From contig PWMT01000051.1 in assembly GCA_003558085.1 (NCBI GenBank), positions 1 to 12,888 on the forward strand: 12,888 nt of DNA, written 5' to 3'. This document shows, one piece after another, positions 6,310 through 12,888 of this stretch. Positions within the stretch are counted from its first letter, which is position 1. The number at the start of each line of letters is the position of its first letter. The translations under genes and the position numbers were made by a program. Origin of the DNA: Methanobacteriaceae archaeon (GTDB lineage Archaea; Methanobacteriota; Methanobacteria; Methanobacteriales; Methanobacteriaceae). Under the pieces are notes generated by a model that was given only the letters and a program-made list of their open reading frames with translations, was not told the origin of the DNA and ran no database searches.

Positions 6310-7812
6310 ATGCCTTTCAAAGTAGAGAGAAGCTCAGAAATTTGTAAGAGGAACTTTGATCGTCCTGGTTGTTGCTGGTACTTATGTGATAACCGAGATG
6401 AAAGTCAATGTAAATACTGTTTCTCTTGTTATAATAATTGTCCTCATGATGTTTACGAAATTGTGGGAGGGGAACCATATCCACTAAAACATGAAAATTG
6501 TGTCGGATGTCGCATATGTGAAGAAATGTGTCCTAACGATGCAATAGAAGTAAATGCAGTACCAGAAGACCGGAGGAACGTATGGTCCTTTTCTGATCTA
6601 CTGGAAATTCAGAGAAAATCAAATGAAGGTTCCTATAAGGTAAGAGGTTGTGGGGCCATAAGAGTAATACCCACTTTTGATGATCTAGTTATTATGCCGG
6701 CCCAAGTATCCCGACCACCAATAGATAAATATAGGGAACCCTGTAATACTCAGGTAGTACTGGGTGATCGTTTCGCTGAAAATCCATTAATATTGGATAC
6801 TCCAATTATGATAGCGGCAATGTCATTTGGTGCTTTAAGTAAAGAAGCCAAAATAGCACTGGCAATGGGATCCACTTTAGCTGGAATAGCTACTAATACC
6901 GGAGAAGGTGGAATGTTACCTGATGAACGTAAATATGCTTCTAAATTAATAGCACAATATGCATCTGGCCGGTTTGGAGTCTCTGCTGATTATTTAAATA
7001 ATTCAGATGCCATTGAAATAAAAATTGGTCAAGGAGCCAAGTCAGGTATGGGAGGGCATCTGCTGGGTGAAAAGGTTACAGCAGAAGTAGCTAAAATTAG
7101 AATGATACCTGAAGGAACTGATGCCTTAAGCCCTGCTCGCCATATGGATATTGTAGGCCCGGAAGATCTAAGTATGAAAATTTCTCAATTAAGAGAAATA
7201 ACCGACTGGAAAGTACCCATTATGGTTAAGTTTACTTCTGGTAGAGTTAGAGATGATGTTAAAATTGCAGCTAAAGCTGGTGCAGACATCATCGTAGTAG
7301 ATGGTATGCAGGGAGGAACAGGAGCCGGACCTGACATAGTCACAGAACATTCTGGTGTCCCCACCATCGCTGCCATTGTAGAAGCTGATGAAGCATTAAA
7401 AGAGATTGATTTAAGAAAAGAAGTTAGTCTAATTGGTGGTGGGGGAATAAGAAATGGTGCTGATATAGCTAAAGCTATGGCACTAGGTGCTGATGCAGCC
7501 TATATTGCTACTTCTGCCCTGGTTTCCATTGGATGTAGGGTATGTCAAAAATGTTATGCGGGAACCTGTAGAAAAGGTATTGCCACTCAAGATCCCCAGC
7601 TTCGTAGAAGATTGGATTACTTGGAGGCTGGTAAAAAGGTGGCCCGCTATATTGAAGCTATGACCGAAGAAGTATGTATGCTGACCCAACAGGCTGGAAA
7701 TACTGATGTGAGAAACCTTGAAAAAGAAGATCTCAGATCCTTAACCATTGAAGCTTCTGCTTTAACTGGAGTTAAAATGGCTGGGATGGAAAGTCCAGTT
7801 CTCTATAAATAA
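6310..7812 (+). CDS. gltB: Glutamate synthase GltB2 FMN-binding subunit with N-terminal ferredoxin domain
   Basis: MSFGALS, NTGEGG, QYASGRFGV, EIKIGQGAKSGMGGHL, DGMQGGTGA, GGGIRNGAD and the C-terminal Fe-S motif CRVCQKCYAGTC. Two N-terminal CxxCxxCxxxCP motifs. The AGGAGGGTG SD favours ATG 6310 over 6292. Confidence 0.95.
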   Translation: MPFKVERSSEICKRNFDRPGCCWYLCDNRDESQCKYCFSCYNNCPHDVYEIVGGEPYPLKHENCVGCRICEEMCPNDAIEVNAVPEDRRNVWSFSDLLEIQRKSNEGSYKVRGCGAIRVIPTFDDLVIMPAQVSRPPIDKYREPCNTQVVLGDRFAENPLILDTPIMIAAMSFGALSKEAKIALAMGSTLAGIATNTGEGGMLPDERKYASKLIAQYASGRFGVSADYLNNSDAIEIKIGQGAKSGMGGHLLGEKVTAEVAKIRMIPEGTDALSPARHMDIVGPEDLSMKISQLREITDWKVPIMVKFTSGRVRDDVKIAAKAGADIIVVDGMQGGTGAGPDIVTEHSGVPTIAAIVEADEALKEIDLRKEVSLIGGGGIRNGADIAKAMALGADAAYIATSALVSIGCRVCQKCYAGTCRKGIATQDPQLRRRLDYLEAGKKVARYIEAMTEEVCMLTQQAGNTDVRNLEKEDLRSLTIEASALTGVKMAGMESPVLYK

Positions 7813-7857
7813 ATTATTTTTTCTTTTTTTTCTTTTTATCTTTAACTTTTTTTTCTT
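7813..7857 (+). terminator. Oligo-T terminator region of the glt operon
   Basis: Runs of T6, T8, T5 and T8 immediately follow the gltB TAA. Confidence 0.6.
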
Positions 7858-8086
7858 CCACTGACTTATTATCATCTAATTCTATTTCATTATCTTCATT
7901 TAGAAAAGTAAATCCAGATGAAACAACAATTTCATTAAAAGGATCTAATTCATCAAAAACATGGCCCATAAAATCTTGGATATAGACTAGTTTACCCCCA
8001 CATTCACATATATTGAGTTTATCATCTCCCTTGGAAGAAGAATCTTGTTGGAGGTAAATTTTTCCACATTTTAGACATTTTTGCAT
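7814..8086 (-). CDS. Small zinc-ribbon protein with acidic middle and poly-Lys tail
   Basis: CLKCGKIY-x15-CECGGKL gives four Cys in two knuckles. ATG at 8086 (alternative start TTG 8095). Confidence 0.65.
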   Translation of the reverse strand: MQKCLKCGKIYLQQDSSSKGDDKLNICECGGKLVYIQDFMGHVFDELDPFNEIVVSSGFTFLNEDNEIELDDNKSVEEKKVKDKKKKKKK

Positions 8087-8194
8087 AACAATCAACGGTT
8101 TATATTATTGGTTTTTTTATAACCCAAAATATCCTAGATGTAAATAACTAATATATTTCAGGAAATAATGGTTTCCTGGAGAATATATATTATG

Positions 8195-8246
8195 TACTAG
8201 GAGATATAATCGTTATCTATTTTATTTGCAACCTTATCTCCTAGTA
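8195..8246. repeat. Perfect 12-bp inverted repeat upstream of the MFS gene
   Basis: TACTAGGAGATA (8195-8206) and TATCTCCTAGTA (8235-8246) with a 28-nt spacer. Confidence 0.85.
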
Positions 8247-8285
8247 ATAAATAATAGTTATTTATTTTTGGCTTAGGGGTCTAAA

Positions 8286-9653
8286 ATGAAAAAATTACCA
8301 GTAAAGATTTATGTTCTCATTATAGCAACTTTAGCATCATTTTTAAGTCCATTTATTACTTCGGCAGTAAACGTTGCACTACCAGTCATAGTCAGTGACT
8401 TTCAAATTGATACCGTAATACAAAACTGGATAGCCGCCTCCTATTTATTATCTGCAGCCATATTCGCGGTACCTTTTGGTCGAATTTCTGAAATATATGG
8501 TATGAAGAAAGTTTTTACCTGGGGGATTCTTATTTATACTATATCTGCGTTTTTAGCTGCTATAGCTCCCTCGGCCCTGTTATTAATAATATTTCGAATC
8601 ATCCAGGGTACAGGATCGGCCATGATATTTGTAACTTCTCTGGCACTGATTGGTGCTGTTTTTCCACTAATGGAGCGTGGGAAGGCCATAGGGATAACTG
8701 TGGGAATGGTTTACACTGGTTTAACTTTGGGTCCTATTTTAGGAGGTATGTTAACTCGAAATTTAGGTTGGCCTTACATATTCTTAATAACCATTCCCTT
8801 GGGAATTTTAATCCTGATTCTAATCAGATTAACAATTAAGGAAGAATGGGCTGAGGAGAAAGGTGAGAAATTTGATCTTACTGGTTCGTTTCTATATGCA
8901 ATTGCACTTTTTATGTTAATGTATGGTTTCTCTACCTTACCTAATTTAACCAGTTTATTGATATTTATAGGAGGAATACTATTTATGGGAATCTTTATAA
9001 AATGGGAATTAAAACATAGTAGTCCTATTCTCAATATGAAATTATTTAGGAATGTAACATATGCTAGTTCAAGTTTAGCTGCTTTTATAAATTATTCTGC
9101 AACATTTGCAGTGGCTTTACTTTTAAGTTTCTTCTTACAATACATTAAAGGATTAGATTCTCAGATAACTGGATTAATACTGGTAGTTCAACCCATGATT
9201 ATGGCTATGGTTGCCCCTTTAGCTGGAAAACTCTCTGATAAAGAAGATCCACAAATCTTGGCTGCCGTAGGATTAGCTATAAGCACAGTAAGTCTTTTTA
9301 TATTATCTTTTATTAATGAAGATTCCAGTATATCTTTTATCATTATTTCCCTGTTGATCTTAGGGTTAGGATTTGGAATGTTTTCTTCCCCCAATACTAA
9401 AGCCATAATGGGGTCTGTTGAGCGTAAATATTATGGTATTGCTTCCGCCACAGTTAGTTCCGTGCGTTTAATTGGCCAGAGTTTCTCTATAGGTATTGTA
9501 ACTGTAATATTTTCCTTATTAATTGGAAGAATACCGATAACCGTGGATCTATTTCCAGTTTTAATTAAAAGTACTCAGATTGCATTTTTAATATTCACAG
9601 TACTATGCTTTAGCGGTATCATGATATTATTGAAAACAAAAATTAAAAATTAG
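8286..9653 (+). CDS. MFS transporter, DHA2 (EmrB/QacA-like) drug:H+ antiporter family
   Basis: Highly hydrophobic 455 aa with SAVNVALP, motif A FGRISEIYGMKK, FRIIQGTG, ERGKAIG, GPILGG..T..LGW and AGKLSDK. Confidence 0.92.
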   Translation: MKKLPVKIYVLIIATLASFLSPFITSAVNVALPVIVSDFQIDTVIQNWIAASYLLSAAIFAVPFGRISEIYGMKKVFTWGILIYTISAFLAAIAPSALLLIIFRIIQGTGSAMIFVTSLALIGAVFPLMERGKAIGITVGMVYTGLTLGPILGGMLTRNLGWPYIFLITIPLGILILILIRLTIKEEWAEEKGEKFDLTGSFLYAIALFMLMYGFSTLPNLTSLLIFIGGILFMGIFIKWELKHSSPILNMKLFRNVTYASSSLAAFINYSATFAVALLLSFFLQYIKGLDSQITGLILVVQPMIMAMVAPLAGKLSDKEDPQILAAVGLAISTVSLFILSFINEDSSISFIIISLLILGLGFGMFSSPNTKAIMGSVERKYYGIASATVSSVRLIGQSFSIGIVTVIFSLLIGRIPITVDLFPVLIKSTQIAFLIFTVLCFSGIMILLKTKIKN

Positions 9654-9663
9654 ATTTGTAAAT

Positions 9664-10485
9664 CTACAATTTTTTCTTTATATCCTGGATTTCTTTTTTT
9701 ATTTCATCTATCTGAGCTGCTAAATCATGTATTTTATCTTTTTCATCCATCTGATCTGATATTTTATTTAATTTAGTATCCAGAATATCGATTTTTTCCA
9801 TACTCTTTGATCTTAGTTCCTGGCGTTCTTGGCGTAAGGATTCCACTAAGGTAGAAGTGGTGGCTGCAGTTATTAAACTAGTAATTCCTATAGCTGATAT
9901 CATAGATATAACTCCAGTTAAGCGTCCTATAGAAGTGAGAGGAACTATATCACCATAACCAATTGTGGTGATAGTGCCTAAAACATACCATATAGAATCC
10001 TCAAAGCTAGTTACACCAGGATTAACTACTATTTCTACATAATAAAAAATAGTTGAGCAAAGAAAAAGTATAACCAGAAACAATATAAAGCCATAAAAAA
10101 GTTTGCTTTTCTCCTGAAATTCTACAAATTTACCTGCAATTATATTTAATGTCTTAATCAAGGCCAAAATTTTAATTAAATTTAAAAATCGGATTAATAA
10201 AAAATAAAAAATTCCTTCCAATCCCGGAATACTTAAAAAAATGAAATAAAAGGGTATTAAAACTATTATCATGTACCACTTTAATCCTTTTTTAAGCAGA
10301 TGAAATTGAGATAGGAAACAAATAAAAATAAAAAAAGAAACCATAAGATCTAGGGATGCGATAATCCACTGTGTAGGTAAAATAAGTACTATAAAAATTG
10401 AAGCAAAAAGTAAAAATATGTTCAAAGAAACTATAGAAACTAAAAAAATTTGCCATAAATTCCCAATTTTAGATTTAATACTCAT
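9664..10485 (-). CDS. 6TM potassium channel (Kv-like fold) with C-terminal coiled coil
   Basis: Pore helix FEDSIWY, selectivity filter TTIGYGD and P.T..GR; four upstream hydrophobic segments; heptad-rich charged C-terminus. Confidence 0.92.
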   Translation of the reverse strand: MSIKSKIGNLWQIFLVSIVSLNIFLLFASIFIVLILPTQWIIASLDLMVSFFIFICFLSQFHLLKKGLKWYMIIVLIPFYFIFLSIPGLEGIFYFLLIRFLNLIKILALIKTLNIIAGKFVEFQEKSKLFYGFILFLVILFLCSTIFYYVEIVVNPGVTSFEDSIWYVLGTITTIGYGDIVPLTSIGRLTGVISMISAIGITSLITAATTSTLVESLRQERQELRSKSMEKIDILDTKLNKISDQMDEKDKIHDLAAQIDEIKKEIQDIKKKL

Positions 10486-10652
10486 GTTGATCTATACCTA
10501 TTTGTTAATTATATATTTATCATATGCTTAAAAAAAACTATTAAAACTTAAGACTTAGGGAAATATCCAATAAAAATAATTATCTGGTAATCCCTAAATA
10601 ATCATAAAGCGTTCATATCAATAGTAATGAATAAAAAAATCAGGTGAATTAT

Positions 10653-11372
10653 ATGGCAGCTGATAAAGAAAAAATGAAAATAAAGATCCTGGAAAATGGT
10701 CCTTATCTGGTGCAGGGTAACATCCCCCTCTATGAACAAAGATTGATTACTGATGATGCAGGCCACACCATTAAATTAAAAGATATGGGTGAATACCCAT
10801 CCCAGGAGACTTACATCCTCTGTCGTTGTGGTTCATCTGAAAATAAACCTTACTGTGATGGCACTCATAATAAAATCGATTTTGATGGAACAGAAACTGC
10901 CAGTAAAAAATCATATATGGAAAAAGCAGATAGATTTGAAGCAAATGATTTGCTATTGACTGATGCTTATGAGTTTTGTGATCATTCACGATTTTGTTTA
11001 AGAGCTGGAGGGATAAGAAAGCTAATGGAAAATTCAGAGAATCCAGAGAACAGGGAAATAGCCATCGAGGAAGCTACTCTCTGTCCTTCTGGAAGACTAG
11101 TATTGTGGGATAAAAAAACAGGCCTACCCTTTGAAAAAAAATTTGAACCATCCATTGTAATGATTCATGACCCCCAAAAAAAATGTGAAGGACCTATATG
11201 GGTAAGGGGAGGTATTCCCATTGAATCTGCAGATAGTACTATGTATGAAACCCGCAATCGTGTAACCTTATGTCAATGTGGAAAATCTGAAAATAAGCCC
11301 TATTGTGATGGCAGCCATTGGATGAATGCTGAAGAAAAATTAAAATTCAGGAAAAAATGGGATCTTGATTAA
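10653..11372 (+). CDS. CDGSH iron-sulfur protein: two CDGSH [2Fe-2S] motifs flanking a divergent mono-cluster ferredoxin-like (DUF1271/Fer4_19-like) domain
   Basis: CRCGSSENKPYCDGTH and CQCGKSENKPYCDGSH, each preceded by a GPY/GPI strand; central CDHSRFC...CPSGRL. AGGTGA SD at 10642-10647 favours ATG 10653. Confidence 0.92.
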   Translation: MAADKEKMKIKILENGPYLVQGNIPLYEQRLITDDAGHTIKLKDMGEYPSQETYILCRCGSSENKPYCDGTHNKIDFDGTETASKKSYMEKADRFEANDLLLTDAYEFCDHSRFCLRAGGIRKLMENSENPENREIAIEEATLCPSGRLVLWDKKTGLPFEKKFEPSIVMIHDPQKKCEGPIWVRGGIPIESADSTMYETRNRVTLCQCGKSENKPYCDGSHWMNAEEKLKFRKKWDLD

Positions 11373-11388
11373 TAAATATCAGAAAAAT

Positions 11389-11811
11389 TTAATTATTGAT
11401 TAATCTAAGCCAGTTTATTACTTCCTCGGCAATGCTCTCTGAAATATCTTCAATCCAGTCTTGATCACTCCAAGTTCAAATACCAGATAAATCACTATCC
11501 CCTATTACATCTACATCTTCCATACCATCAGATATCTCTACTGATGAGTCGCAGAAGCTATACTCCTTATCATGATTTGCATATAAAGTTTCCCAAGTCA
11601 CTGAATTTCTTAATTCCCAGTACCAGTAATAGGTATTAATACTTTCTTCGGTGGTTTCCATTTCACTAAAACTTTCTTCTTGTTGGTAGCCTACTATTAA
11701 TACTTTATCTTTTTCTAGGAAGATGTGTTTTTCCCATATATCATTTTTCGATGATATTTTCTCAATATCTGTATTTTCTATCTTTTCCACCAATTTTTCT
11801 TTTTCCATCAT
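11389..11811 (-). pseudogene. Acidic, Trp-rich hypothetical gene interrupted by an in-frame TGA at 11476-11478 (nonsense allele, sequencing error or readthrough)
   Basis: ATG 11811 follows a GAGG SD. After the TGA the frame continues TWSDQDWIEDISESIAEEVINWLRLINN to a TAA at 11389-11391, with the same composition as the upstream part. Confidence 0.6.
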
Positions 11812-12476
11812 TTTAAGCCTCAAAAAAACTTATTAAAATTTTCTAGTTTGAATTAGTCTAAATTAAACTAATTTTATGACAATTTATTTTTATTTACAAA
11901 TTTACATCATATAAAAAAATTTTACCAGTTATTTTTTTTTGAGAAGCTAAACACCCCCAAAAAAATTTAAAAATACTTACATTGAATCATGATGCCCTTA
12001 AATCGAATTATAAAGCAGATAAGATAAATATTTAATGCGGGAGATTTATTAATATTATATAAGAATTATCTGCTCTCGGTACTTATATTGACCTATAACA
12101 ACTAAAGTTTTCCGATTTAATCTAATACACCTAAATCAATTAGGTAAAGATACTATAATAAAATAAAAAAATATTAACCAATAAATATAAAAACTAGTAA
12201 AACCTCGCTAAAGTATATCATAAAAAAAAAATCACTAGAAATTTGCTACAAAAAACAGGAAAAAAGATCAAAAAAAATAACAAACAATAGACCAAAAATA
12301 TAAAATAATCAACTTCTAAACCACAAATAAAAAATTATGGCCTTAAAAAACAGTAAAAACACTAAAAAGTCAAGCACTATGACTAAAACTTAATATATAA
12401 TGAAATTATATATAAATTAAAAGGAATTCTAAAATATCTACTTACATTTTATGATTAAAATAAAAGAGTTGATCAA

Positions 12477-12888
12477 ATGAAAGAAAAATCTATATTATTG
12501 ACTATAATAATTTTTATAGCTTTAATAGGTAGTATCGTTTTTGCATTTGATTTTTTATCTAACGAGGATGATAATCCACTTATATTAAATAACACTACTT
12601 CAAATAACAGTACTTCAACTAATAATTCTAATAATAATTCTAATAACATTCGTTCAAACAATGAATCCCCTGTTTCAAACTTGCAAGAAACTAGCAGTAC
12701 TAACTCCGGTAGTTCATCAAGACCCCAAGTTAATAATAAATGTCCAAACTGTAGCTCTGGAAAGATATATTGCCAATCCTGTAATGGCAGAGGAAGGATT
12801 TGGGATGAAAATGGTCAATTGTTAAGGTGTTCTAATTGCGGAGGTACTGGTGGATCCCATTGTAATAGATGCAATGGAAAAGGATACC
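12477..12888 (+). CDS. Membrane-anchored or secreted protein with an N/S/T-rich linker and a DnaJ-type CxxCxGxG zinc finger; 3'-truncated by the window edge
   Basis: Not in the ORF track. Manual translation: MKEKSILLTIIIFIALIGSIVFAFDFLSNEDDNPLILNNTTSNNSTSTNNSNNNSNN...KCPNCSSGKIYCQSCNGRGRIWDENGQLLRCSNCGGTGGSHCNRCNGKGY. SD-like GAGTTGAT lies upstream. Confidence 0.88.
   Translation, partial: MKEKSILLTIIIFIALIGSIVFAFDFLSNEDDNPLILNNTTSNNSTSTNNSNNNSNNIRSNNESPVSNLQETSSTNSGSSSRPQVNNKCPNCSSGKIYCQSCNGRGRIWDENGQLLRCSNCGGTGGSHCNRCNGKGY
12588..12644 (+). repeat. Short in-frame tandem repeats in the linker
   Basis: AATAACA(C/G)TACTTCA x2 (12588-12617) and AATAATTCTAAT x2 (12621-12644). Confidence 0.8.

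Noticed and set aside
3562-7812. N-methylglutamate synthase (glxBCD/mgsABC) interpretation
   Set aside because: The three-subunit architecture is similar, but no methylamine-utilisation genes are present, and the Fe-S/FrhB electron-input modules indicate net reductive GOGAT. Not formally excluded.
478-9406. Antisense ORFs in the track (478-720, 985-1377, 1595-1783, 2983-3198, 3280-3489, 3546-3809, 4100-4294, 4767-4991, 5453-5677, 7185-7376, 7483-7689, 8774-9034, 9188-9406)
   Set aside because: They are shadows of well-supported plus-strand genes and have no motifs of their own.
758-11478. Genome-wide stop-codon reassignment as an explanation for the two in-frame stops
   Set aside because: The two stops differ (TAG and TGA). 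TAG properly ends pdxT, the FrhB-like, MFS and channel genes, and TGA ends GltB3.
11824-12476. Replication origin, C/D-box RNA, CRISPR array or decayed membrane-protein gene in the long intergenic region
   Set aside because: No repeated ORB-like boxes or cdc6 gene, no box C/D pair, no regularly spaced repeats, and minus-strand frames checked in the A-skewed part give only very short ORFs.
10771-12661. Antisense ORFs 10771-10989 and 12473-12661
   Set aside because: They overlap the CDGSH gene and the zinc-finger gene. The Leu/Glu pattern of the second is the reverse complement of Asn/Ser repeats.

Overview
AT-rich archaeal chromosomal segment. Gene content and GGTGA/GAGGT-type Shine-Dalgarno sites point to a Methanobacteriaceae methanogen, most likely Methanobacterium-like (inference). 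From left to right: a 5'-truncated TPR gene with an in-frame TAG; a HEAT/PBS-lyase repeat protein; an LDH-like malate dehydrogenase; and a long intergenic region with a perfect NrpR-type operator (CGGAA-N6-TTCCG). This precedes a tightly coupled operon: pdxT, GltB1 amidotransferase, GltB3 GXGXG subunit, FrhB-like subunit, and GltB2 FMN subunit. Together these form a split archaeal glutamate synthase with no gltD in the window, probably F420H2-linked. Downstream are a small zinc-ribbon ORF, a DHA2-type MFS efflux pump, a 6TM K+ channel, a double-CDGSH Fe-S protein, an acidic hypothetical gene with an in-frame TGA, a ~650 bp non-coding stretch, and a 3'-truncated membrane-anchored DnaJ-type zinc-finger protein. 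The most notable observations are four: the FrhB-like subunit is circularly permuted; the amidotransferase carries an inserted ACT-like domain; pdxT is translationally coupled to the glutamate synthase genes without pdxS; and two genes have in-frame stops followed by coherent coding tails. No rRNA, tRNA, CRISPR array or mobile element was seen.
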